Source: an uncultured delta proteobacterium (GTDB lineage Bacteria; Myxococcota_A; Polyangia; Polyangiales; Polyangiaceae). Taken from it: a stretch of DNA of 64,000 nt. The stretch covers positions 1,383,783 to 1,447,782 of the forward strand of contig CAVOKF010000007.1 of the NCBI GenBank assembly GCA_963696385.1, in the 5' to 3' direction. Under the pieces are notes generated by a model that saw only the letters and a program-made list of their open reading frames with translations, did no database searches and was not told the DNA's origin. Below are positions 52,214-62,117 of the stretch, in pieces. A program made the translations under genes and the position numbers. How positions within the stretch are numbered: position 1 is the stretch's first letter; each line of letters opens with the position of its first letter.

Positions 52214-52599
52214 ATCGCGTCTTAGGGGCGTTCGTTATCGCTGAATCGGCGAACGATTTGGCTCACTCCGGGTGCTCGCCGTGACCACCGAGCGCGAACC
52301 CGTCCGCCGATCCGTGGCCATCTGGCCTACCGACCGAAGCATCGCCCGTTGCCCGGGCGCGCGATCCGACCGGCGATGCAGACCTCGTCGAACTGAACGA
52401 CCGTCGTCCACGCACGCGAAGATGCCCCATGCCGCTTCGGCACGCCATAACGTCTCTTCGTGCAGCGCTTACTCCGCGGATGCATCCGATGATTCCGGCT
52501 CGCAACCTACGGTGTCCTGTGCCACGAGAGCGCACCGCCATTCACCCGCACCCGCACAACTGCACATGTAATATTGTCGTGGCCATTGTAGTGGCCCTT
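52214..52599 (+). repeat. 386-bp direct repeat, copy 2
   Basis: Identical to 50352-50737. Confidence 0.95.
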
Positions 52600-52894
52600 G
52601 GGTGCCCGGGCACGGCAAGATCGCGCAGAACGAGCAACTGGCGCTTGCTGAACAACTGCCGGTTGGGATTGAGGACGGGGGGTAGCAAATAGTCCCACCA
52701 CCATCCGTGCCTTGAACGGAAGAAACCGTGCATGCCGGAAGCGTCATCGTGCTCGACTCCTCAGCACTTGCCTCTACGTCCACTTCGGTCTGTTTGTACG
52801 CGATGGGAATATTGCTGGAACTGCATCCGTCACAGAATGACGCAAACACCAAGCCTAAAGCGCCAAACGCAATAGCCGAGCACATATGGTTCAT
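52469..52894 (-). CDS. Small Cys-rich lipoprotein
   Basis: Hydrophobic signal + DGCSS; many Cys. Confidence 0.7.
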   Translation of the reverse strand: MNHMCSAIAFGALGLVFASFCDGCSSSNIPIAYKQTEVDVEASAEESSTMTLPACTVSSVQGTDGGGTICYPPSSIPTGSCSASASCSFCAILPCPGTQGPLQWPRQYYMCSCAGAGEWRCALVAQDTVGCEPESSDASAE

Positions 52895-52952
52895 GGGTAG
52901 ATTCTCATGATCGTAGCACATCGCTTCTGTAGTGCAGGACCGCGAAGGAGCT

Positions 52953-53062
52953 CAATTGGGACGGCGCTTTCAATGACAACGAGCGCCCCAAAGGCCTTTT
53001 ATGTGACCGCGGCGGTTTCCGCGTCTCTTCGTCGGCCGACAAGCTTTGCGCCGCCTACTCGC
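52953..53062 (+). repeat. Module M9
   Basis: Identical to M4 but with no transposase attached. Confidence 0.92.
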
Positions 53063-53420
53063 ACCTCCCGCGCTTCGCTCATTGCCTTGTCGAACTGACC
53101 GCTCTCGCGCAATGCGGCGACGAGCAGAGTCCGCGCCGTGAGCGCCCCCGGGTGGTTCCGGACGAAATCGGCGAGGCCCTTCGCGGCGAGGGGGTATTCG
53201 CCACGGCGTCTGCGGACTTCGGCCAAGGCCACGGCGATGTCCTGAACGTCCGGAGCCGGCGACTGGGCGATCGTGAGCTCGTCCTCGGCCCCCGCGAGAT
53301 CTCCAGCGTTGGCCAGGACGATGCCCAAATCGTAGCGCGCTTCCCACAGAGTGCCGTCGACCTGAATCGCCGCGCGCAGAAGTGCCACGCTGCGGTCTGT
53401 GTCCTTGCGGGGAGCGTGCG
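53063..53420 (-). pseudogene. Internal fragment of a TPR protein (GltE/AglT-like)
   Basis: WEARYDLGIVLANAGDLAGA...; cut by M9. Confidence 0.7.
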
Positions 53421-53547
53421 TAGGAGGGCGATTCCTGAAGCGGGATCCGTGTCTCTGGGGGGCGGAGAGGGCGACGGGGTAAGGCTGCCGGGGGGGACGA
53501 AAGTTTAGGGTTGCGTTCTATCGCGTTGCGCGGTACGTGTCGCGCTC

Positions 53548-54423
53548 GTGGAAGCGGTACTTCGGCATAGGGGACGCGCAGTCGACACGGACGATGTCGC
53601 GTTTGTGCGAGAGCTGATCGCGCAAAACCCGGGAGCGAGTCGTCGGGCGCTGTCGTTCAAGATTTGCCAGGCATGGGGGTGGGCTCAGCCCAATGGGATG
53701 TGGTGCGACGCGATTTGCCGTGGGCTGATGCTGCGACTGCACCGGGAAGGCCATGTGGAGCTGCCTGCGGCGCGATGGCGAAGCAAGCAGCCCCGTCGCC
53801 ACGCGGTGGTGCAGCACATTGAGGTCCGCGTCGCCCCGCTGGTGGCGCGTCTTGCGGATCTCGGGCCACTGGACATCCGCCAGGTTCGCCGCACGCCGGA
53901 GGAGACGCTGGTCAAGTCTCTCGTCGAGCAGCATCACTACCTGGGCTACGCGCATCCGGTCGGCGAGCACCTTAAGTACCTCGTGTCCGCCGGAGGGCGA
54001 CCGATCGCGTGTTTCTGTTGGTCGTCGGCGGCGCGCCATCTGGGGCCACGCGATCGATACATCGGTTGGTCCAAGGAGCAGCGAAAGGCCCAGATTCGCT
54101 TGGTCGCCTACCAGAGCCGATTTCTCATCCTGCCGTGGGTCGAGGTGCCGCACCTGGCGTCGCATCTGCTCGGCGCGATCTCGCGCAGGCTGTCGGACGA
54201 TTGGCAGCAGGTCTACGGGCATCCGATTTACTTTACGGAGACATTTGTCGATCCGACCCGTTTTCGCGGCACGTGTTACCGCGCCGCCAACTGGACGGTT
54301 CTCGGGATGACCGCCGGCCTCGGCAAGGACGCTCGCGGCTCGATTCCCAATCGTTCCCTCAAACAGCTGTTCGGATATCCGCTGGTCGGCGACTTCCGAA
54401 AACGCCTGCTCGGTGGGTACTGA
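53548..54423 (+). CDS. DUF4338 (DruA-like) protein
   Basis: HHYLGY, RDRYIGW, RFLILPWV, ETFVD..F.GTCYRAANW. Confidence 0.9.
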   Translation: MEAVLRHRGRAVDTDDVAFVRELIAQNPGASRRALSFKICQAWGWAQPNGMWCDAICRGLMLRLHREGHVELPAARWRSKQPRRHAVVQHIEVRVAPLVARLADLGPLDIRQVRRTPEETLVKSLVEQHHYLGYAHPVGEHLKYLVSAGGRPIACFCWSSAARHLGPRDRYIGWSKEQRKAQIRLVAYQSRFLILPWVEVPHLASHLLGAISRRLSDDWQQVYGHPIYFTETFVDPTRFRGTCYRAANWTVLGMTAGLGKDARGSIPNRSLKQLFGYPLVGDFRKRLLGGY

Positions 54424-54424
54424 C

Positions 54425-55678
54425 GTGGATCGCACGCCCGTCCGTGACGTCGACCTGAACGACCTGCCGCCGATGCTGGAGCGCATCCGGGCGGTCGTCT
54501 GTGACGACGACTACCACCTCATCGAAGCGCTTGCGACGACCGTGATCGAGACGACCCGCGAGCTGCGCAAGACCCACGCCACGCTGACGCGGGTGCGGCG
54601 CCTCTTCGGACTCACGGGCAATGAGAAGACCGCTCACATCAAGGCCGACGTGGCCAACCCTGCGTCGCAGACGGCCCATCCGGCGGTCGAGCCGCAAGAC
54701 GCGCCCGCGAGCGATCCCAGCGCCACCCCCGCGGCCGCGGCGAATGCGCCGGAGCCATCGGCGCCCCCCACGAAAGAAAAGCGCAAGGGTCACGGACGCG
54801 TGCCCGCCTCCGCCTATCGCGCGGCGCAGCACGTCACCGTGGATCACGAGTCGCTGCGGCGGGGAGACTCGTGCCCGCTCTGCACACAAGGCCGTGTCTA
54901 CGAGCTGGCCGCCCCCGCGACCCTCGTTCGGATCGTCGGGCGGGCTCCGCTGGGGGCCGCCTGCTTTCACTGCAAGCAGCTTCGCTGCGGCGCCTGCGGC
55001 CACGTGTTCACCGCTCGTCCGCCGCCCGAGGCCCAGGGAGAAAAGTGCGACGAGTCCGCCAGCAGCATGATCGCCGTGATGCACTACGGCGCGGGCGTTC
55101 CCTTCCATCGACTCGAGAAGCTCCAGGACAATCTCGGTACGCCCGTTCCTGCGTCGACCCAGTGGGATGTCCTGCGCGATCGCGTCGATCGGGTCGAGCC
55201 GGTCTACAAGGAGCTCAAGCGCATCGCCGCCCAGGCCGAGCTCTTGCACGTCGACGATAGCCACATGCGCATCTTGAGCCTCATGGGCAAGCGCCGCGCC
55301 GACTTGCTCGCGAAAGGAACACTCGAGGCTCCCGAGCGCACGGGCTTGTTCACGACCGCCATCGTCTCGATCCTCGCGTCACTCGGCGTCATCGCGCTAT
55401 TTTTCACGGGGCGAAAGCATGCGGGAGAAAACCTCGCCGAGCTGCTGAAACAACGAGCCCCAGACCGGCCTGTCCCTCTGCTCATGAGCGATGCCCTTTC
55501 GCGCAACGTCCCCGACGGCCATGACGTTATCGAGATCAATTGCATCTCCCACGGGCGACGCAAGGTCGTCGACGAGGTCGCCAACTACCCCGACGAGTGC
55601 CTCGCGCTTCTCGAGCGGCTCGCGGCGGTTTACAAGGTCGACCACGACTGCAAAAAGCAAGGCCTCTCGGACGACGAG
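54425..55678 (+). pseudogene. tnpC: IS66 TnpC truncated by M10
   Basis: KGHGR, CPLC, PFHRLE, HVDDS, RKHAGENL, MSDA, HGRRK. Confidence 0.88.
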
Positions 55679-55787
55679 GTGAATAGGAAGTCCAAAGGCC
55701 GTCGACCGACGAAGAAACGCGGCGACCGCCGCAGTCACGTAGAACGGGGTAGGGCGTTCGTTCTCACTGCACCGGCGAACCGATTTG
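55679..55787 (-). repeat. Module M10 (attached to an IS91 tail)
   Basis: Identical to M6 and M7. Confidence 0.92.
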
Positions 55788-55852
55788 ACCACATCCAAAG
55801 CGCGCGTCGCCCACGCGGCGCCGCATCGGCGCGCCGCTCTCGGGGCTCGTCG

Positions 55853-56090
55853 TTCAGGCGAACTGGAGCTCGAGTTGAGCCAACGCTCGGCATCTGCCGC
55901 ATCGTCGGTCGGCTCGCGCGCCCGAGCAACGGGCGATGCCTCGGTCGGTAGGCCAGATGGCCGAGGATCTGGGGCACGGGTTTGCTCTCGGCGGCCACGG
56001 CGAGCACCCGGAGTTGGCCGTGGCACCTTGGAAAATTCCATAACGTCCACGGGCGTCTGCACGCTGCTCACCCGTCATCGCGGGTGCACG
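55853..56090 (-). pseudogene. Degenerate IS91 transposase C-terminus
   Basis: LPTEASPVARAREPTDDA...QLELQFA*. Confidence 0.72.
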
Positions 56091-56161
56091 CGAGGCGTGC
56101 TCCCTGTCGTAGCGTCATGTCGTGCTTCGGCTCGTGTTGGCGAACGGTTGCGCCGAAAATG

Positions 56162-56878
56162 TCAGACGCCGCCGTCTGGTCGCGTCAATCTACCTTCGAC
56201 CTCGTATCGGCATCCCGTAGAGTCGGTATACATTTCCGTGATTCTGAACAATCCCATCGACGACGAAACTTGCACTGACGTAAAGTCCCAATCGACGAGT
56301 TGACCACCCAAAGCGCACGACTGCGGCTCGAAGACGAGCGTAGCGACGCCCGCGTCGACGATCATGGCGAGCGCGCACTCCTCCCCCGCGTCGAACAAGA
56401 GGTCGACCTCGCCCGTGTCCGTCAGCCCAGGGCCCGTACGGAACGTCACCGTAGTCGGCATCAGATCGGCGGTGCTCGAAGCGTCTGCCACGAATCCACC
56501 GGAGTCGGAGCAGTCGTACGTCTCCATTCCGTTCAGCGTCCAGGTCCCGAGAAAGGGTCCGGCGACGCCGGCATCGGACACAGGCGCACCGCCATCCCCG
56601 GTATCTGCGGCGCCTTCGGGAGCCATCCCGTCCGCCCCTTCGTCGAAGCCACCATCGAACCCCCCGTCAGTGCTCGAGGCATCCGCCAGACCCAGGGCTG
56701 TCGCGCCGTCCGCGTCAGCGTCAGCGTCCACAACCGTGGCGTCCACGTCGGCTCCGGCGTTTTCCGTCGGGCACACGCGATCTTGCTGACATGAGGGGTC
56801 AGTCACACAGCCGGCGACGAGCACGGCTGCGGCGCCCGCGGCCGCGCCGGCGACGATCCAACGCAGGCTTCGCCTCAT
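56162..56878 (-). CDS. Lipoprotein, paralog of 19348-20004
   Basis: LVAGC lipobox. Confidence 0.85.
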   Translation of the reverse strand: MRRSLRWIVAGAAAGAAAVLVAGCVTDPSCQQDRVCPTENAGADVDATVVDADADADGATALGLADASSTDGGFDGGFDEGADGMAPEGAADTGDGGAPVSDAGVAGPFLGTWTLNGMETYDCSDSGGFVADASSTADLMPTTVTFRTGPGLTDTGEVDLLFDAGEECALAMIVDAGVATLVFEPQSCALGGQLVDWDFTSVQVSSSMGLFRITEMYTDSTGCRYEVEGRLTRPDGGV

Positions 56879-57061
56879 GGAGCAAGCGAGCCCAGCGTTC
56901 GCGACCCGCCGGGCCCGAAGCAACAATTCTCTCCGACTCCGAGCCGCAAAATGGCCCTCCATGGGCGGTCCCCGCAGCCCCTTTCTCGGCGACGAACCCC
57001 CGCAATCCGCGGCACCCACGGGATGCTGAAGTAGGCCACGGGTCAAGGGCGCGTCTCGCAT

Positions 57062-58477
57062 TCACTCGTCCTTCCGATCGGACGGTCTCGCCACGTCGGG
57101 CCGCTGCTGCGGATCCGCGACTTCTTGCCCGTCGTCCTCCGGCGAGTCGCCCGGGGCTGCGAGCAATCCCAAGGATCGCAAGGCCGTGCGCACCGTGCTC
57201 CGTTCCCTTCCGGAGACCCGCGCGATCCGCGCCACGCTGCCGCGGCACTGGCGGTACAGCGCCACGTAATATTGTCGCTCGAACTCTCGCTTGGCGACAT
57301 CGTAGGCGCCCTGCTCCTGCGTGGTTTCCTTGTGAACTTGAGTGGCCGGCAACGCGTCCTTGAGCGAGATCACTTTGCCCTTCGCGCCGTAAAGGGCGAC
57401 TTCCACCAGGCTTTTGAGCTCCCGGATGTTGCCGCGCCAGCTGCGGGCCTTGACCATCTCGAGACTCGCGTCGTCGATCTTCACGTCGGGACGGCCGAGT
57501 TCTTCGAAGATGCTTTCGAGCAAGAGCTCGATGTCGTCCATGCGCTTTCGGAGCGGGGGGATTTCGACGGCCACCCTCGAGATCCGAAACAGGAGATCCT
57601 CGCGGAAGCGTCCGAGGTTCACGGCATGGTTCAGGTTCGTGTGCGTGGCGAAGAGGGCGCGCACGTTGACCTTGCGCGGCTGATCGCTTCCGACGGCGCG
57701 AAGCTCCTTGTTTTCGAGCACGCGCAGGAGCTTCGCTTGCAAGGCCGGGGGCATCTCGGCCACCTCGTCGAAAAAGAGCGTTCCACCATGGGCTTCGACG
57801 AAGAGGCCTTTGCGTTCGACTTCGGCTCCGGTGAAGGCGCCGCGGACGTGACCGAAGAGTTCCGATTCGAGAAGCGCGTCGGTCATATTGGCACAGTTGA
57901 TGGCGAGAAAGGGCCGGTTACGGCGGGGGCTTGCGTCGTGAAGGGCGCGCGCGACGCGCTCCTTGCCGGTGCCGGTCTCGCCGTAGATCAGGACGGACAG
58001 GGAGCTCGGGGCGAAATGGCGCAGGATGCGCATGAGCTCAAGCATCTCGGGGGTAGTGCCGAGCAGGCCGCCGAAGCGGGGGCGCCGGTCAATGGCGACG
58101 TCGTGCGGGGGATCGGGAATGAAGCGGAGCGCCTTCGCGCCGCAACGAAAGTCGCACGAATCGGTCAGGTAGCCTTCGGTGAACCGGCCATCGTTGAAGA
58201 ACGTGCCGTTGCGTGAGTTCTGGTCGACGACGTGCACCCCCTTGGCGGTGGCTTTCACCTGCAGGTGCACGGCGCTGACGGTGGTGTCGTCGAGGACGAG
58301 ATCGCACCGTGCGGAACGGCCAATCCGGAGCGGTTGCGTGCCGATCTGCAGGCGGCGGTCTTCGTCCAAGACTTCGATGCGGCCGCCGCGGACGGAAACA
58401 ATGCCAGTGTTCTCGGTGAGCGGCTCAGTGGAGTCGGCCGCGGCTCGGGTGGTGTCCATCGCTTCCATGCCTTTCAT
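57062..58477 (-). CDS. FHA-domain sigma54 enhancer-binding protein
   Basis: IGRS..D..VSAVH..SRNGT (FHA); GETGTGKE, GAFTGA, WRGNIREL. Confidence 0.95.
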   Translation of the reverse strand: MKGMEAMDTTRAAADSTEPLTENTGIVSVRGGRIEVLDEDRRLQIGTQPLRIGRSARCDLVLDDTTVSAVHLQVKATAKGVHVVDQNSRNGTFFNDGRFTEGYLTDSCDFRCGAKALRFIPDPPHDVAIDRRPRFGGLLGTTPEMLELMRILRHFAPSSLSVLIYGETGTGKERVARALHDASPRRNRPFLAINCANMTDALLESELFGHVRGAFTGAEVERKGLFVEAHGGTLFFDEVAEMPPALQAKLLRVLENKELRAVGSDQPRKVNVRALFATHTNLNHAVNLGRFREDLLFRISRVAVEIPPLRKRMDDIELLLESIFEELGRPDVKIDDASLEMVKARSWRGNIRELKSLVEVALYGAKGKVISLKDALPATQVHKETTQEQGAYDVAKREFERQYYVALYRQCRGSVARIARVSGRERSTVRTALRSLGLLAAPGDSPEDDGQEVADPQQRPDVARPSDRKDE

Positions 58478-58537
58478 CTCGGGGGGGTCGTGGTTTTCGA
58501 GGCCGATCGCGGGGTTTCCTTTGCGAAGGCGTACGCC

Positions 58538-59581
58538 CTACCAGGCCCCGGTGAGCGCGGCGCCTGCGGTTTGCGGACCCATGAGGGGCACGGGACGCAC
58601 CGCGCCGGCGGACGTCATCGGGGGCGGCGGCCACAGAAACCATGTCGCTACTCCGATCACGGCAAGGGCTCCGGCCGCCGCAAACAACCAGTTGGCCGTG
58701 ATGCCGCTGATGCGTTCGGCTTGGCGGTCCTGGTTGGCGGGGCCGCAGGCGACGGCCTGGTTCGGGGGCAGACACCCCGAATCGCTCGTCACGCTTTGAA
58801 ACGCGCGATTGGCGTCTGACCTGTGGCTCTCGTACGCGACGCCAAAGCCAATCGCCACGCCGGCCGTCGCGACTGCCGCCGCTCCCAATCCCAAGGCGGT
58901 GATCCAGCGGGCGCGGGAGCGGCCGGCCCGAGCCTTGTCCGGGGCGGTCGTCGCCGTCAGAGAGTCGGGCTGCCGAAACTGGAGTTCGATGATCTCACCA
59001 GCGCTTGCAACGACATGCCGCGACCGGACGGACGTGCCCCATCGAACGCGGACCTCGTGCTCTCCGGGCGCGATCACGAAAGAGACGAGCGGAGTTCCGG
59101 TCGGGGGACCGGTCGGGGCCAAGCGAGCCGCCTCCTCCGGGACGCGGCCATCGACTCGGATCTCCTCCGTGCCGGGCGGGACAACGAGGTTGAGGCGTAC
59201 GGTCCGGGCTTCGGCGCGGGGCAGCCATCGCGTGCGAACGGCGTCGAGGTTCGCCGCCGTTGCGTCGGTTCGGCCCAAGTACTGCCTCAGGTGGGCATAG
59301 GCCTCGACCGCGTGCCCGGCTTCGAGCTCGGTCACACCGAGCTCCAGCAGCGTCTCGGTCTGCGGGTCGAGCGTGTAGGCGCGCGACAGCGCGTCGCGTC
59401 CCGCCTCGTACTTCTGGGCTCGGTAGTCCCTCGTGCCTTGCAGCGCCAAGCCCCTCGCGAGCTCGCGGGGCGTCACCGTCTCGTCCGGCGTTGCAGCGGG
59501 CGTCGCGGGGTCTGCCCACGCTCCGGCTGGACCGTGCAGCAGCCCCACGGCAAGGCCGGCGGTCGCCACACGCCGTCGCAT
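58538..59581 (-). CDS. Secreted TPR/PEGA-like protein with a C-terminal membrane region
   Basis: AWA signal, TPR helices, IRVDG, PGEHEV, ends ALTGAW. Confidence 0.85.
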   Translation of the reverse strand: MRRRVATAGLAVGLLHGPAGAWADPATPAATPDETVTPRELARGLALQGTRDYRAQKYEAGRDALSRAYTLDPQTETLLELGVTELEAGHAVEAYAHLRQYLGRTDATAANLDAVRTRWLPRAEARTVRLNLVVPPGTEEIRVDGRVPEEAARLAPTGPPTGTPLVSFVIAPGEHEVRVRWGTSVRSRHVVASAGEIIELQFRQPDSLTATTAPDKARAGRSRARWITALGLGAAAVATAGVAIGFGVAYESHRSDANRAFQSVTSDSGCLPPNQAVACGPANQDRQAERISGITANWLFAAAGALAVIGVATWFLWPPPPMTSAGAVRPVPLMGPQTAGAALTGAW

Positions 59582-59647
59582 GCGGATTCGTCGATGCAGC
59601 CGCTGAGCTCTTTCCGAAAGCACTTCAACCCCCGTTCCGTTCAAGGC

Positions 59648-61378
59648 CTACGGCATGTCCACGATGATGACCCGCTTCACCGGCGCCTTGCGATCCCCCG
59701 CGAGCTCGGGAGGGGGTCCGGCCAAGACGATGTCGTCGAGGTTGGTCGGCACGGGGGCGGGTGGACTGGGTTTCGTTTGAGACGGCACTCCGGGAGGCGC
59801 TCCGGCCACAAGCCTGGCGAGATTCGTCGGCGCGGGGGCGGGTCGGCGGGGTGTGCGACGCGGCGGTGGCGCAGGTGGACTCTGTCCGATCGAGCCTTCG
59901 GCCCCGGCCGGGATCGCTGGGGGATGCGATACCGAGCCGCCCGCATCCAGCGCGGGGCTCTCAGGGTTCCCTTCACGCCGCACTTCAGGCGCCGCCACTG
60001 GATCCGCCGCCCGCGCCCACGCTAGCGAAAGCGCGGGCGGGGGCCCGACGGGGGACGCGGACTCGATCGCCGGCGCCGAGTGCCGGATCTTCCAGCCACC
60101 CCACGTGACGGCGGCCACCAAGGCGCCCGCGCCGAGCACGAGAGCGGCCGGTGGGACACGGCCGCGCCGATGCGTCCGAAGCGGCATGTCCCCGGTCACG
60201 GGCGTGTCTACACGTCCCCCGCGATCGGAGGCCGGGGCGGCCCGTTCCTGATCCGGTTTCGCGCGATGCGGCCGTCGGTCTTGCCGGTCGTTCGTCGATA
60301 CGCCGCTGGTTCCGATGGACACCCGGGTGTCCCGGAGACGCGATCGCGCGGCATCAAGCCATGCCGCCTTCTGCGCCCGCCGGCCGCGGACGTGCGGGTC
60401 GGCCTCCCGACCGAACTCCGTCACCGGCGCCAGGCGGCCGCGTGCCATCGTGTCCACGGTGAAGGGTGTGGGGGCGTCCTTCCGGAATCTCGCCGACCCG
60501 TCGTTGACGAACTCGAGGTCGGCGAGCTCGTCGTAGAACTCGGCCACGCTCCGCTGCCGGTCGGCGGGGTCCTTCGAGAGGGCCCGCAGCAAGCACGCAT
60601 CGACGCTGTTCGGGATCCAGGTCTTCCAGCGCGACGGTGCGAGGGGCTCGAGGTGCCGATGCGCTTCGATCAACTTCATCCGGTCGAGCGATCCGACATC
60701 CACCCGCCACGGGAAGCCTTGCGTCAGCAGCTCGTAGACCACGACGGCGAGGGCATAGAGATCGGCCTTCGCGCGGATCGGCTGGTGGTCCAGCACCTCG
60801 GGCGCGGCGTAGCGGAGGGTTCCGACCGGCGACTCGGGGGAGGGTGACGCATCGAGCACCTCGGCGATGCCGAAGTCGAGCAGTTTGATCTGGGCTTCGA
60901 CGTGGCGAGGGGCGTGCAGGAAGATGTTGTCGGGCTTGACGTCGCGATGGATCACGGGGGGCTCGTGTCCATGGGCATGGCCCAACCCGGCACAAATCTG
61001 GCTGACGATCTGCCGGACGGCCCGGGCGGTGAACGGGATGGGCATCCGGTGGACGACCTCTCGAAGGGTCCGCCCCTGGAGCAGCTCCATGAGCAGAAAC
61101 GGCGAGCCGTCGGCGAGCACGCCGCAGTCCGCGACATCCACGATGTTGGGGTGGTGCACCCGCGCCAACACCTGGACCTCTTCGGCGAAGCGGGCTTCGA
61201 AGTGGGGATTGCGGACGAGGGCAGGCTGCAGGACCTTCATGGCCTTGCGCAGGTGGGGACCCTTGCGCACCTCGAAGACGATCCCATGGCCGCCCTGGCC
61301 GAGGACCCGGCGCATCACCCAGTCCGTGCCGGGGACCCGTTCGCCCACGCGAAACTCGGTCGAAGTTGCCGACTTCAT
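59648..61378 (-). CDS. Membrane Ser/Thr kinase
   Basis: GQGGHG, HRDVKPDN, DFG, GTLRYAAPE, TM, Pro-rich tail. Confidence 0.93.
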   Translation of the reverse strand: MKSATSTEFRVGERVPGTDWVMRRVLGQGGHGIVFEVRKGPHLRKAMKVLQPALVRNPHFEARFAEEVQVLARVHHPNIVDVADCGVLADGSPFLLMELLQGRTLREVVHRMPIPFTARAVRQIVSQICAGLGHAHGHEPPVIHRDVKPDNIFLHAPRHVEAQIKLLDFGIAEVLDASPSPESPVGTLRYAAPEVLDHQPIRAKADLYALAVVVYELLTQGFPWRVDVGSLDRMKLIEAHRHLEPLAPSRWKTWIPNSVDACLLRALSKDPADRQRSVAEFYDELADLEFVNDGSARFRKDAPTPFTVDTMARGRLAPVTEFGREADPHVRGRRAQKAAWLDAARSRLRDTRVSIGTSGVSTNDRQDRRPHRAKPDQERAAPASDRGGRVDTPVTGDMPLRTHRRGRVPPAALVLGAGALVAAVTWGGWKIRHSAPAIESASPVGPPPALSLAWARAADPVAAPEVRREGNPESPALDAGGSVSHPPAIPAGAEGSIGQSPPAPPPRRTPRRPAPAPTNLARLVAGAPPGVPSQTKPSPPAPVPTNLDDIVLAGPPPELAGDRKAPVKRVIIVDMP

Positions 61379-61699
61379 GACCACTCCCCTGCGAACCGGC
61401 CGGGTGGCGCGTTCCCTTTTCTGGTTGCGCTACCGACATTCTCTCACATTGCGACATGGAAGGAAGGACGATTTCACCGGCGTCAGTTCCCGGGGCTGGA
61501 TCACACCCGAGGTGGGTTCAGTGCGGGCGGAACGGCGGCCGATCCAAGGCTCGTCCGGCTCATCCGTTGAGAGGGTGGCCATGCGACGGATCCTTCCACC
61601 GTTGCGTCAGGCGGTCGGAGAGCACCTGGCGGACCCTGCCAGCGCCCGCGTCCGAGCTTGGCGCCGCTGCCAATAGAACAAACCGGCGGCGGCGAGGTG

Positions 61700-61931
61700 A
61701 ATGCAACCGTCACGCTCGTCGAGGTCCACGACGTCCGCGTGGACCAGGTCCTCGTTACGCTCGCAGGACGTCCGGGTTGGTGCTGTCGCCCTCAACCCGC
61801 AGCACGGTGCGCCCTTCCGACAGCAGGACGTTGACCGCCGCGCCGGGCATCATGGGTTGGCCGACGCCGCCTTTGGCGCCGTCGCTCCAGTCAATCCGGC
61901 TGGTCGCTTGGTCTTTGGTCGTACCGTTCAT
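61700..61931 (-). pseudogene. MobD/StbB-like ATPase relic
   Basis: GAKGGVGQ, VEGDSTNPDV, then DLDERDG after a frame break. Confidence 0.6.
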
Positions 61932-62117
61932 GGGACCGACCTCCTGAATGAGCCGTCGGGCGTCGTCGGACTGTTGTCGTACGGTTCATGGGAATCAGAC
62001 CATCCTGGATGCCGTGTGGACGTCTTCGCGTCGGCAGGATCGCCGCACGGACCACGTGGTGACCGCGTCGTGCCGACGGTCGCTCCTGCGACGGGCCAGG
62101 CGCCCCAGGGCCCGCCT

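Larger units (their letters stand above)
53479..55678 (+). mobile_element. IS66-like element with DUF4338, right part lost at M10
   Basis: Left end GTAAGGCTGCCG; DUF4338 + tnpC. Confidence 0.75.

Noticed and set aside
53548..54423. Druantia defence system
   Set aside because: No DruE helicase or other dru genes; IS66 context
79..55787. Modules as integron attC sites
   Set aside because: No RYYYAAC/GTTRRRY ends, no IntI-type integrase, mixed orientations, and they truncate genes
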